NCBI RefSeq assembly: GCF_001194135.2
Contig: NC_068994.1
Location: 3,820,793 to 3,884,792, forward strand
Length of the DNA: 64,000 nt
Source: Octopus bimaculoides
Lineage: Eukaryota
Reading direction: 5' to 3'
Made by a program: the position numbers and the translations under genes. Within the stretch, counting starts at the first letter, position 1; every line of letters starts with the position of its first letter. Below the pieces are notes generated by a model. That model saw only the letters and a program-made list of their open reading frames with translations. It made no database searches and was not told where the DNA came from. This document shows positions 47,610 through 59,059 of the stretch, piece by piece.

Positions 47610-47763
47610 AGTTTGATTTCGGCCCCATGAGGTTTAATATTTTGTATGCTTCTTACAGAAAGCTAGGTCATCAGACTCCAATAACTGGCTGTCTGATCCC
47701 ACTGACTTGGGATTCTGTAAGAGGCATACAAAACTTTATGCTGCATGGGGACCGAATCAAACT
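47610..47763. repeat. ~155-nt imperfect fold-back (inverted repeat)
   Basis: 47610-29 pairs with 47744-63; 47640-60 with 47713-33 (20/21 plus one G-U); 47663-70 with 47703-10; 47671-76 with 47691-96. Confidence 0.85.
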
Positions 47764-47964
47764 GTTTTGAATTGAAGCCTCCATACTTCCTGAAATTCGC
47801 CAACACTACACCTGATATCCCACCCACCCCCTCCATACACATGCACACATATATATCATGACCCATACACTGTTCCCTTTCCTGGCATTTATACATAATT
47901 CTATGTACTGCACATGCACCTTTGATGAGTTGTAGTGCACCTGAGCACCATACACAATAATTTC

Positions 47965-48330
47965 ATTAATACCTCTGCTTTAACGAAGGTGGAGGTATTG
48001 TTTTCAGTCGCATTTGTTTGTCCGTGGACAACATATCTCAAGAACCTCTGGATGGATTCGGATGAAACGTTCAGGGATGCTTGGCCTCATGACTAGCACG
48101 AACTGATTAGATTTTGGAACCAATCCAGTACCGGACAAGGATTCTGAATTATTTTTTCCTGTTCTTTTACTTAATTTTTGAGAGTGGTCAGGTTCATTTT
48201 TAGTATTCTCATTTGTGAGAACAATTGAGTTTATTTCAGATATTCTCATTTTCAAAATCATCTCTGGTGAATCATTGAGAGGATGTTGGTGTTGCCTTGG
48301 TAGACGTTTGCGCTCTCTGAATGCGCTTAT
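47965..48330 (+). mobile_element. Helentron-associated non-autonomous element (HINE / DINE-1-like)
   Basis: 5' hairpin AATACCTCT...GGAGGTATT (47968-47999), then GTTTTCAGTC...TTTGTTTGTCCGT, GGATTCGGATGAAAC, GATTAGATTTTGG..CCAATCC, and 3' end GACGTTTGCGCTCTCTGAATGC. Layout matches this element class from memory. Confidence 0.6.
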
Positions 48331-49050
48331 TATAATTATTATTATTATTATTAATAGTTTATGTAACTCCCATTAAATTTTTTGAGTGTTTCTTTCCTTC
48401 ATTTCTCTACTCATCGCCCCCACCACACACATACACACCTATGGATATATGTATAGGTAGGTACATGCTTATAATATGTGTGTGTGTGTGTATTGCTTAT
48501 GAGTTTCAGTCATTGGACTGTGGCCATACTGGAGCAGCAGCCTTAAGTGTTTCTGTCAATGATGCTGAAGTGTGCACTTTGTCATGTGTTTGTTCCAGCT
48601 GCCTCCTGGCATCCGAATATAAATGGAGGTTGATGTGAAGGGAGATAACTCTGTCAGACGTTAATACCTGCAGGGAGTTTCTGTTGGAATGTACTGGTTC
48701 TCAGTTAACACACACACACATGCACACACTCATACATAGACACATAAATGATAGATAGATAGACAGAGAGGCACACAGATAGATAGATAGATAGACATAG
48801 ATATAGAGATAGAAAGAAAGAAAGAATGATAGATAGATAGGTAGATAGATAGATGGATAGACAGACATAGCTGTAGGTATACAGACACAGAGAGACAGAC
48901 AGATGGTTGGATAGATAGATATAGATAACTAGATATATAGACATATTATATATCATTATTATTATTATCATTGTTGTACAAATAAGACCTCAATATTATG
49001 TAAATAGAGGAATTTATCTGTAAAATAATGTGTCAATTATTCGGTTGCCA

Positions 49051-49113
49051 TAATAAAAGTCCGAGTTTCGGATGTCAGGGCGGAAATCTGCTCCGGCATC
49101 TCGTCAGTTATTA
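49051..49113 (-). ncRNA. Second hammerhead motif (inverted copy, stem III mismatch, probably inactive)
   Basis: Minus strand reads TAATAA CTGACGA GATG...CATC C GAAA CTC G GAC TT TTATTA. Position 16.2 is C instead of G, which breaks the C15.2 pair. Confidence 0.6.
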
Positions 49114-49118
49114 AGACA

Positions 49119-49183
49119 ATAATAACTGATGAGATGCCGGAGCAGATTTCCACCCTGACATCTGAAACTCAGAGTTTTATTAT
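49119..49183 (+). ncRNA. Minimal type I hammerhead ribozyme motif
   Basis: Stem I ATAATAA (49119-25) / TTATTAT (49177-83). Core CTGATGA (49126-32). Stem II GATG (49133-36) / CATC (49159-62) with one extra nucleotide before GAAA (49164-67). Stem III ACTC-a-GAGT. Cleavage triplet GUU (49174-76). Confidence 0.7.
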
Positions 49184-49200
49184 GGCAACCGAATAATTGT

Positions 49201-49246
<46 letters not shown>

Positions 49247-50911
49247 GCATCAAATGTTAAATATGAAATAATCAAGGCAAAAAACAGTTCTCAGTCAAAT
49301 ACATATTATTTATTAGCTAGTTTGAGTAGGAGGGACAGGCCCGTAGTCCTTTCAAGTCATTCAACGATAATATGGTGAGAAATAGGGGGATAAGTGATGG
49401 TGTGGAGAAGATAAAATTAAAGCTTGTGGTCGTTTAGGGTGGTGTAAGGAAAGACACAGACAGAAAAGTCCGGGAGTAATACAATCTGGAGTGGAAGCAT
49501 TGAATAGAGTCTGCAGGGAAAAGTGGAAGGTTGTTGTTGGTGGAGGTGGTGGTGGATTGTACTGAGACAGTATGGAGCCAGGAAAGGAGAGGATCTCAGA
49601 GACAATGAAGTTATGTACAGGTGAGTGGTGGTGGTGGTGGGGAATCCTTTTAATGGAGTATCTTAAAGTGAGTATCACTCTAAACAACAGTTTGTAATAT
49701 ATTGGGTTTGAAAATCCCCTTGGATGTAAAAAACAAAAATGCCCACCAAAGGCAACCTGCAGTATTGAACTACTCACCTTTATAAATCCTGCAAGAAGCC
49801 ATTCACTCTTTTCCAATCCAAAACAATTTTAACCAAATGATTTACTTCTTTCTCAAAGAGATTCTTTCTTTGTATTTTAACTCTGCGATGAGCTTTTCCT
49901 TCCAAGGTGGGACAGGTTTGATTTGGTTGTTTAGTCCAGGTAAGCTTTGATCAGGCAGATCTGTCATCGAAGGCCTCTCGGCCCTGATCATGTTTTTTGG
50001 GGGGAAAGGGGAACTGAGTATATCCTAAGAAAGGACCACCAAGATAAATCTGGTTAAGCAGAATAAAAGTGCTTTCAGGTCTTTGAAGAATGGATCCTGT
50101 CAATATTCAAGGGGGCTGTGAGGGTTTTGTTTTTGAGAGAGTGAGCCCTGTAGAAAGTCCTAGACCCATCTTTGGTTCTGCAGGCCCCAAGGGGATTTAC
50201 TGGCCGACACCTCACACACTTCCCTGGCTTTTACAGGCCCAGCCCAATGAACTACATTGTCCAAATGCATTATTCATTTTTGAATGTAGTAGAGTGAAAT
50301 TTTGTGACAGATTTGGCTGCTATTTCTAGTAGGTTGAGTGACAACATAGAGGCCGTCCCACACAGTGGTTTGAAGGCAGTGGTGTGTTGTGGGATTGTGG
50401 TGGGGTAGTGCGACATTAGAAGTGAGACAGTAGGAGGATAAAGATTGAGAAAGAGAGAGAGAGAGAGGAGGAGGAGGACAAAGATTGAGAGAGAGAGAGA
50501 GAGAGAGAGGAGGAGGAGGAGGAGAAGGAACATTAAGTTGTAGTTTAACATCAGGTCAGCCCTAATCTAGCAGGACACAAGGATCTAATCAAAGGATGTC
50601 CAACCATGACAGTCCCATTTTTCTAGAGGTGACAAGGACTATGATTTATTTCATTTATACAGCATTCAGTGCACAATAATGTTGTCGGAAAGGGATGCCT
50701 CTAATGGGTCAATCGAAGGCTGACTGCATTTATAAATGATAATGGTGCCAAGGGAGTGTCTGTGTAACTGGGGAAGAACAAATAATACAAGTACTTTAGT
50801 TCAAAAGCATCAGTTGATCATTTTCCTCACTACATTTACATTTTTCACAAATATACATCAAAGAAAGATACACATAGCCATATAAAAGATAACAGATACA
50901 TGTATGTATAA

Positions 50912-50944
<33 letters not shown>

Positions 50945-51059
50945 CATACACATATATAGATACATATGTACACTCATATATATCTGTCTATATATCTATG
51001 TACACACACACACATATATCTATATCTATCTATCTATCTATATATATAGATAGATAGAT

Positions 51060-51215
51060 GGATGGCTTCTTGTAGTTTTCATCTCCAAATCCAAAAGCAG
51101 GGCTTTGGTCAGCCCAAGGCTTTAGTAGAAGACAATTGCTCACGGTGCCACGCAGTGGGACTGAACCCACAAGCCATAGGGTTGAGAAGGGAGCTTCTCA
51201 ATCACCACTTTTCTG
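51060..51215 (-). mobile_element. Family A SINE, 5' half
   Basis: GGCTTTGGTCAGCCCAAGGCTTTAGTAGAAGACAATTGCTCACGGTGCCACGCAGTGGGACTGAACCC. Confidence 0.75.
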
Positions 51216-51878
51216 TCTTTATTTATAGTAACAAACTGTCCAAAACTGGAGTATAGATTAGATTTTCTACAAAAGAGAAATTATACCAGATCAAGCTGTT
51301 ACATTTTGTAAAGAAACATTCGATTTCACCGACTTCTTCTCAGGAAACTAAATATTTTGGTCTGCTGAACAGTTCCTCCAAATGCTAAGGATTTCGTAGG
51401 ACCCTGATACTAGATTTTACTGAAAAAAATACTTTGTTTCTGATGTAAACCCTTGAGGTCAGCATTTGGAAAGTAAAAAAGTTATCAGAGAGAAGGAAAA
51501 ATTGTAGCCCCATTATTTCCCTAATCACCACAACAAATTCTTCACCACCACAACCACCACCACTGCCACCATACTTGTCTTTCATCTCCACCACAATGCC
51601 CCAGAAATCCAACATTATGTACACACGCACACACACATGTATATGTGTACACACACACACATATATATATATATATACAATTTTATTAAAGCTGAAAAGA
51701 ATCTTCACAAACTGTTACTCAAAGTTTCCTGTGATTCCATCTTTGGTCTTTCGAGTACTAATTTTTCCACCTTGTTTCGCACCTCCTATGCACTTACACA
51801 TATACATATATATATATGTATGTATATGTATATATCTATATCTCTATCTATCTATATACATATATATGTATGTATGTA

Positions 51879-51926
<48 letters not shown>

Positions 51927-52467
51927 CATATGGGATTTTTGAAAGTAAGTTATCTTCTCTGACCACTCGTGGAAATCCACCACCACCACCACCACCACCA
52001 CCACCAGGTAACAACTCCGGGTAGGACCTTTTGCATTCCTCTGTCCACTTTAAGGAGAAAAAACAACAACAACAACAAAAAAACAGACCGTCTACACAAA
52101 CACTCATACCATCCCTCCTCCACCTTCACCTCCTCCTCCTCCTCCTCCTCCTCAAATGTACAGCATTTCATTGTGTAATAATAATAATGTTCCGGGTTCA
52201 ACTCGCATTGAGGACAACCTAGATCATGGGTGTGTGTGTGCCCTAAAAATATAATGGTTGACATCACAGTGTGGTGGGGGGGAACATAACAAGTGGGGAG
52301 TCTGTGTGTGTGTGTGTGCCCTAATAACATGGCCACTCACAGAATGTGGGCAACTAAAGCTGGGTTACGGCTTTCATGACAAACACATCTTAATGATGTT
52401 AGGGGACAAATATAAAGTGAAGAAGGTTTATACTAAAACAGTTGAGAAAATGAAGCTTGTGTTCTAT

Positions 52468-52713
52468 GGGAACTGGTGTGTTACCATAGTAACTTTGGTA
52501 CAGTAATTGGTATGTTACCATAGTAACTTTGGTGCAGTAACTAGTGTTACCATAGGAACTTTGGTGCAGTAACTGGTGTTACCATAGGAACTTTGGTGCA
52601 GTAACTGGTGTGTTACCATAGTAACTGGTCTTAACATGATAACTGGTCTGTTACCACGGTAACTTTGATACGGTAACCAGTGGGTTACCATTGCAACTTT
52701 GGTATGTTAACTG
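52468..52713. repeat. Palindromic minisatellite, 32-38 bp period, about 7 units
   Basis: GTTACCA at 52480, 52514, 52546, 52578, 52612, 52650, 52684. Unit approximately GTTACCATAGTAACTTTGGTGCAGTAACTGGT. Confidence 0.9.
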
Positions 52714-52870
52714 ATGTGATGTGTGTGTTTGTGTGTGTGTGTGTGCATGTGTGTGTGTATGTATGCTTGTATGTTACAGTCATAACATTTTCTGACCCCA
52801 TGGGTCAAGGGTGACAATTGTCAAGTGATTCAGGATTCAATATTAGAAATCTACGGAAAGGAGTCTTTTT

Positions 52871-55333
52871 TTATGTTTTTCGATTGGGATGGAGCGAGGA
52901 GGATATAGAGTGCGGGTGATTGGAGATAGGGTGGTGCTGTTGCTTGTGTCCGTTTGACACGGTGTTGGGTATGTTGGGGATACTGGACATGTTGGGCCAG
53001 CCAGTGCCCAAAATAGGGGGGATGGGGAAGCTGCGCGACCACAAGTAATTGTTCTCCCAGTTGGGGGGTATCTCATGGAGGTAGGCCGGTGCCATCCAGC
53101 TGGGTGTGACCGATGGGGCCTGGAGTCGGACACTGTGATTCTTGGAGTCTCTAGGGTTCATGTGATGAAGGTTTTGTGGCTGAGAGGTCGGGTGGCTGGG
53201 GAGGATGCTGGTCATGTTGCTGTGGCTGTGGCTCCTCATGTGTGTTTGACTGGGGGCATCCGGATGGCTTGTGCTGCTCCCTTCAGTGTGTGATGGATCT
53301 CTGGATTTCAAAGAAGGGTTGTTATTCTTAGGCGGTGGGCTCCTGCGTGTGTTGCAAGGGAACGATGGAGGAGACAGGTTCGAGGAGGATATCTCCGACC
53401 CCGACCTGTCAGCTATTTGCGGGGACGTATAGTCTTTCCCTATGTTAGATTCCTTAGAGTTGGTCAGGGCCGACGATCCAGCAGTGGCCGAGGGCTTTGA
53501 ATAGAGTTCACAACCAGTGCGAGTGCGTTTGTGATTGTTTAGGTTGGCCCTCTGCGAGAAGCTTTTCCCACACACGTCACATTGAAAAGGTTTCTCCCCC
53601 GTGTGTATGCGAAAGTGAGTTTTCAGATTTCCACGCTGTGCAAATGTTTTGTTACACACAGTGCAATAATAAGGTTTCTCCCCAGTATGAATGCGTTCAT
53701 GATTCTGCAAACTGATTTGAAGAGTAAATGCCTTTGAACACATCGAACACTTAAACATGTTCCCGTTATGAATACGCCTATGGTTATCCAGGTTTGTCTT
53801 CTGACTAAACGTCTTCGGACAGAGTTCACATTGATAGGGTTTCTCGCCTGTGTGTGTTCTCATGTGCAGCTTTAGATTGCCTTGCTGACTGAAAGACTTC
53901 CCACAAGTTAAACACCTAAACGGCTTCTCTCCAGTATGCGTTCTCATATGATTTTTCATGTTTATCTGCAAACTGAACGCTTTAGGACAAAACGAACACT
54001 TGAATGGCTTTTCACCGGTGTGAATACGCTCGTGGTTGCGGAGGAAGAAAGCATTGGCAAAGGCTTTCTTACAGAATTGACAGTAGAACATGTCTCCGGT
54101 GTGCAGGCGTTTATGGTCCTCCAAGTTGACACGTTGACTAAATGCTTTGCCACATGTCTGACACACAAACGGTCGCTCTCCAGTATGATTTCTCATATGA
54201 AGTTTCAAGTTTCCTTGCTGGCTAAAAGCTTTCCCACATGTTAAGCATGTGTAAGGCTTTTCTCCGGTGTGTGTCCGGTGGTGATTCTTCAGGGCCGTTT
54301 GCTGACTGAACGCTTTGGGGCAAAACCCACACAGATATGGTTTCTCACCAGTATGGATGCGTTCATGATTGCGTAAGTTAATTTGCAACGTGAAAGTCTT
54401 CGAACACGTCATGCAACTAAAGAGGTCACCTGTATGTATACGACAATGGTTCTCCAAGTTAGTTCGTTGGCTGAATGCCTTCGGGCATAATTCGCATTGA
54501 TAAGGCTTTTCGCCAGTGTGTGTTCTCATGTGTATCTTCAGATTCCCTTGCTGGCTGAAGGCTTTCCCACACTCGACACAGGTGAATGGTTTCTCCCCTG
54601 AATGTATTCTCTGGTGATTCTTCAAATTAATTTGCAGGTTGAAGCTCTTATTACAGATCTCACACGTGTAAGGTTTCTGTTGATACTCGCCCCCTGCTGT
54701 GTGGGTAAGTTCATGGTTTTTCAAGTGGATTTGCTGAGCAAACGCCTTCTTGCAGAAAGTGCAGAAGAAGCATTTTGCAGAGTTGCTTGAAGAAGTGGGG
54801 ACATTGGGGATTAAGAGGGGCGGGATAACGTTGTTGGAAGAAGAGACAGGAGGAGTTCTGGTCGTGTTTGAATGTGGGGTTGATTTCAAACTCGACACAT
54901 TGCCAGTATCGTCTCCATTGTCACTTCCATTCATAATTGCGCTGTCAGAGTGAGGTGGAGACTGCAACGAATGAGTTGAGCTGGAATTGAGAAGAGGATT
55001 CATGCTATGAGGTGGCTGCTGTTGCTGCTGTTGTATAGAATCCAACATGTTGCTGTTGTTGTCGTTGCTGTTGTTGCTGCTGCTGGCTGCGCTGTTACCA
55101 TCAGACGACATCCTTGGATTAGCCGACATGGTATGGGGGTAGCCTTTTTGGCAGAAGTTACACCTACAAGACTTCCCGCCAGTGTGTCGCTGGCCCTGTT
55201 CTGCATTCGATCCATTCTCATGTTGGTTCAGTTTCAAAGAGTCTTCACCTCCATAGAATAATCCAGGAGGATTATGTAAATCTAATCCGTATTGGTTATT
55301 GAATGGATACATTTGGTTAGAGAGATTAGACAT
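52871..55333 (-). CDS. C2H2 zinc-finger protein 'ZNF-C': 14 intact fingers plus a terminal H->R finger and an N-terminal relic finger
   Basis: 820-aa ATG-started ORF. Finger array at about 53519-54770 with TGEKP linkers, flanked by S/N/Q/P-rich low-complexity regions. Confidence 0.93.
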   Translation of the reverse strand: MSNLSNQMYPFNNQYGLDLHNPPGLFYGGEDSLKLNQHENGSNAEQGQRHTGGKSCRCNFCQKGYPHTMSANPRMSSDGNSAASSSNNSNDNNSNMLDSIQQQQQQPPHSMNPLLNSSSTHSLQSPPHSDSAIMNGSDNGDDTGNVSSLKSTPHSNTTRTPPVSSSNNVIPPLLIPNVPTSSSNSAKCFFCTFCKKAFAQQIHLKNHELTHTAGGEYQQKPYTCEICNKSFNLQINLKNHQRIHSGEKPFTCVECGKAFSQQGNLKIHMRTHTGEKPYQCELCPKAFSQRTNLENHCRIHTGDLFSCMTCSKTFTLQINLRNHERIHTGEKPYLCGFCPKAFSQQTALKNHHRTHTGEKPYTCLTCGKAFSQQGNLKLHMRNHTGERPFVCQTCGKAFSQRVNLEDHKRLHTGDMFYCQFCKKAFANAFFLRNHERIHTGEKPFKCSFCPKAFSLQINMKNHMRTHTGEKPFRCLTCGKSFSQQGNLKLHMRTHTGEKPYQCELCPKTFSQKTNLDNHRRIHNGNMFKCSMCSKAFTLQISLQNHERIHTGEKPYYCTVCNKTFAQRGNLKTHFRIHTGEKPFQCDVCGKSFSQRANLNNHKRTRTGCELYSKPSATAGSSALTNSKESNIGKDYTSPQIADRSGSEISSSNLSPPSFPCNTRRSPPPKNNNPSLKSRDPSHTEGSSTSHPDAPSQTHMRSHSHSNMTSILPSHPTSQPQNLHHMNPRDSKNHSVRLQAPSVTPSWMAPAYLHEIPPNWENNYLWSRSFPIPPILGTGWPNMSSIPNIPNTVSNGHKQQHHPISNHPHSISSSLHPNRKT

Positions 55334-56087
55334 AATTAATTACACATTGTTAATTAGATTGTTATTAGAAACTGATGTAGTTATCACAGAAACAGTTATG
55401 ACTTTTGGTTAATTATCAGATGGCCTCCTTCTGTTGACAGCATGTTTGTTGGTTGAAATACTTGTTTAAGAAGATTGAAACTGTTGTTGTGGTTTTGACA
55501 ATGTGTGTGTGTGTGTGTGTGTGTCTGTCTGTCTGTGTGTGTGATACTTTGTGATTGTGTCTGTGTGACTATGTTGTGTGTGTTTCTATTTGTATATATT
55601 TAGTGAATGGATTCTGTATGTGTGTGTATGTGTAAATGTCTACTTGTAATTAGTGGGTTTGTGATTGTGTATGTGTTCCTTAAATATGTGTGTTGTCTGG
55701 CTATGAATGTGTTTGTGTCTGTGCACGCTGTTTGGAAAGTGTGTTCAAGCGTGTGCAATATTTATATGTGCTGATATATAACTAGATGTATATACATGTA
55801 TGTGTGTGTGTATGTATGTATGTATGAGCCTCTTTATGTGTGTGTGTGTGCGTGTATGGTTTTTAATTAGTGTGAGGGGGAGAGTCAGTGGCCATAGCAA
55901 TGTTTTCAACAATCCTCTTCCAGATGGGGTGGGTGAGATTTAATCTTCCATTTAAACCGTTGTAGTTTGGTAGGGACAATACATGGGCCAAGAGTGAGTT
56001 CCAGAGGGGGACACAGCTCCAGGGAAGAAGGACTGGTGAAATTGTTTACATGTTGTATGAATGCAGGTGTAAGCTTGTGTGACAGAA

Positions 56088-56124
<37 letters not shown>

Positions 56125-57337
56125 CAGCAGGTTCTCTATTCCTCAACACAAATTTTGTTACATGATACAAACTTGACTGACAGACACAGTTTTTATCTTT
56201 CGTCTTGGTATGATGGAAGAATTGTTGAATTTCAAAATAAACAAGAAATAAATTTCTAGGAAAATTATTCCAGATATGAAGAAATTATAATTAATTTTCT
56301 ATAATTGGAATCACATTTGGTGATTGATGTAGTCCTTGTGTGACATTTGTGTAAATGGTGGGCAAAAAAAAAAAGTTCTGGTGAAGAGAAGAGATGTATT
56401 AGAGATGAGGACTGTTTGATCTGGGACAGTTGGCCCCTTCCTATCACAAAGCAGAGGATGTTATTATGTCTGTGTCGCTTTTTCTACATGAAGACCGGCA
56501 ACGAGGCATTTGTGGAGAATTTCCACTACAAATGTTGTTGTTCCTGTTGTGGTTGTTGTGTCTTCCTTCACAGCAGGAAGATAAGTATCTAGATATTTTC
56601 TGAGGAAATACCACTGAAAATGTTATTGTTGTTGACATGTCCCACTTCAACTACATAATGGTTAACTACTTGATATTTCTTGGGAAATTCCACATAGCAA
56701 TATTATGTCCAGGGGGAGATTTATCTCTCATCTACTTGATACCACAGAAACCAGAGTTAAGCACCAGAGCAAAGGAATCTTATGTTTCATGAGAAGGTGG
56801 CTTAGTTTGTTTAAACACCACCCAGTTTGGCGGCAGTCTTCCAATGATTTAGACTTTGTCAGCAGAAAATATTTCTTGGTTAAGGACCACTTGAGAAGAT
56901 CCAGTTTTCTTTTTTTTTTTTTTGGTAGAATGATTAATTAAATATATTAGAATTTCAGTGAATGTTCTTAAGCATCAAGATTAAAGAATATTAGAGAAAA
57001 TTGAGGAAGATAAAGTTATAAATATTACAGAAAGGTCCTCTTTCTTGTGGGGTCACTGGAATTTTAAAGAATGTTCTTCAAAATTAGGGCAGTGAAATTT
57101 CTGGAAATATCACTTCAGAGATAGAACAAGACATTAAATCTTCTAGAAAGGGTCTCTGATGTCAAGATGGCTCTAAAATAATTTTAGGGAAGAAAGTTCA
57201 AAATTAGGCTGTAAGACATCAGTGCAGATTCTTCAGAATAAGTGCTGGAGTTTCAGGTAAAGTTTGTCAAAATATGTGACTCTAGGAATACAGATACGGT
57301 TCATTGGAGACAGGTGCGAAAATATTCTGAAGAAGGG

Positions 57338-57420
57338 ACTCACTTGATGTGAAGAAACTATGGCGTCAAGGTGAAGTTTGGTTGTCGGTCTGAAAAAAAA
57401 GAAAACAAAGTAAAGAATTA
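57338..57420 (-). other. Candidate 5' UTR exon/acceptor for ZNF-C
   Basis: Strong acceptor CTTTACTTTGTTTTCTTTTTTTTCAG|AC (AG at 57391-90). Possible donor CAA|GTGAGT at 57344|57343. Confidence 0.4.
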
Positions 57421-57504
57421 GAATTAACATTATACATGCCTACATATATACCTATATGTGCATATATATGTTTGTGTGTATGTATATATGTACACATGTA
57501 TATA

Positions 57505-58040
57505 TGTATATCTCCAAAGGTTTCGGTTGCATGTCATTGCCTCTGTGAGGCCCAACATTTGAAGGTCATGCTTTACCACTTCATCCCAGGTCTTCCTGAG
57601 ACTATCTCTTCCACAGGTTCCCTCCACTGTTAGGGTGTGACACTTTTTCACACAGCTGTTCTCATCCATACACAACACATGACCATACCAGCGCAGTCGT
57701 CTCTCTTGCACACCACATCTGATGCTTCTTATGTCCAACTTTTCTCTCAGGGCGCTTACACTCTGTCATGTTTGCACACTGACATTACATGTCCAGTGGG
57801 GCATACTAGCTTAATTTCTTGCAAGTCTACGCGTGTCCTCAGCAATCACAGCCCATGTTTCACTGCCATGTAGCATGGCTGTTCGCACACGTGTCATACA
57901 GTCTACCTTTCAGTCTGAGCGAGAGGCCCTTTGTTACCAGCAGAGGTAGGAGCTCTCTTAACTTTGCCCGGGCTATTCTTATTCTAGCAGCTATGCTCTC
58001 AGAGCATCCACCCCCGCTACTGACTTGGTCACTTAGGTAA
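57505..58040 (-). mobile_element. RTE-clade LINE fragment, frameshifted
   Basis: Minus strand reads YLSDQVSSGGGCSESIAARIRIARAKLRELLPLLVTKGLSLRLKGRLYDTC, then a frameshift, then HGSETW and RRLRWYGHVL...RKTWDEVVKHDL. Clearly homologous to 63307-63680. Confidence 0.85.
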
Positions 58041-58549
58041 TGGAAACTATCAATTATTTCTAATTTTTACCCTTGGCATGTGATGGAAGCTGTTTTCTGC
58101 ACATATATATATGCAATGGGTAAACTGCCACCATATTATATTTTTAATTTCACGCATGCACATTATTTTTGATTTTGTCAACTACACAGTATATTAGGGT
58201 CAGTTGGGCACCGTCTATGAGAAAAACAGCACTATGATGCAATTCACTCTGCCAGAAATTTGTGCCTATATCAAAAATTACCGAAAGAAATTCAGCTGGT
58301 TCTTGCAATAAATAATGTTTTTCCCCGACCCTTGAAATACTACTGTGACTCCCCACTTTATTATTTTGCTTCCATGGACCCTGGAAAAATTGATATGGAC
58401 TCTGTTGGATACACTATAGAAAGCGACAAAACTGTGGGATTCGCCTTGAGAAATCTTATAAACATAGACATTCGGTGCTAACACGAAAAGAAGCAAATCA
58501 GTAGGAAATGAAAAACGTTTAGCAGCTGTGGTGGAATTTCTAAATATTC

Positions 58550-58965
58550 CAAACACGTAGTTTGGAGTTCAATCCCATTGCATGACACCTTGGGCAAATG
58601 TCTTCCCCTCTCAGAGAGTACTATTGCAAAACTGCGTGGCACCTTGGGCTGACCAAAGCCTTGTGAATGGATTTGGTAGACGGAAACTGAAAGAAGCCTG
58701 TTGTATGTATGTGTGTATGTATATGTGTGTGTGTGTGTGTGTATGCATGTGTGTCTTTGTATCTGTGCTTGTTTCCTCACCACTGCATGGCAACCGGTGT
58801 TGGTGTGTTTATGTCCTCATGACTTAGCAGTTCGGCAAAAAGAAACCAATAGAATAAGGCTTTAAAAAACTAAGCACTGGGGTCGATTTGTTTGACTAAA
58901 GACCCTTCAAGGTGGTGCCCGAGCATGGCCACAGTCGATTGACTGAAACATGTGAAAGATAAAAG
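58550..58965 (+). mobile_element. Family A SINE
   Basis: GTAGTTTGGAGTTCAATCCCATTGCATGACACCTTGGGCAAATGTCTTC...GGATTTGGTAGACGGAAACTGAAAGAAGCC...GACTGAAACATGTGAAAG. Confidence 0.8.
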
Positions 58966-59059
58966 ATAAAATAGCCAAACCAAAACCTTCTGAGTTGATT
59001 TGACAGGCAGAAACTGAAAGAAGCCCATTGTAAATGTATGTGTGTGTGACATTGTGATT

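Larger units (their letters stand above)
48980..49204. mobile_element. Penelope-like / retrozyme-like terminus with inverted partial repeat
   Basis: 84-bp arms at 49029-49112 and 49121-49204 (6 mismatches, 8-nt spacer), each containing a hammerhead. The left copy continues on the minus strand into an AT-rich tail (AAATTCCTCTATTTACATAATAT) resembling the tail of the 30.6-kb element. Class assignment is inferred from the known association of hammerheads and inverted terminal repeats with Penelope-like elements. Confidence 0.55.
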
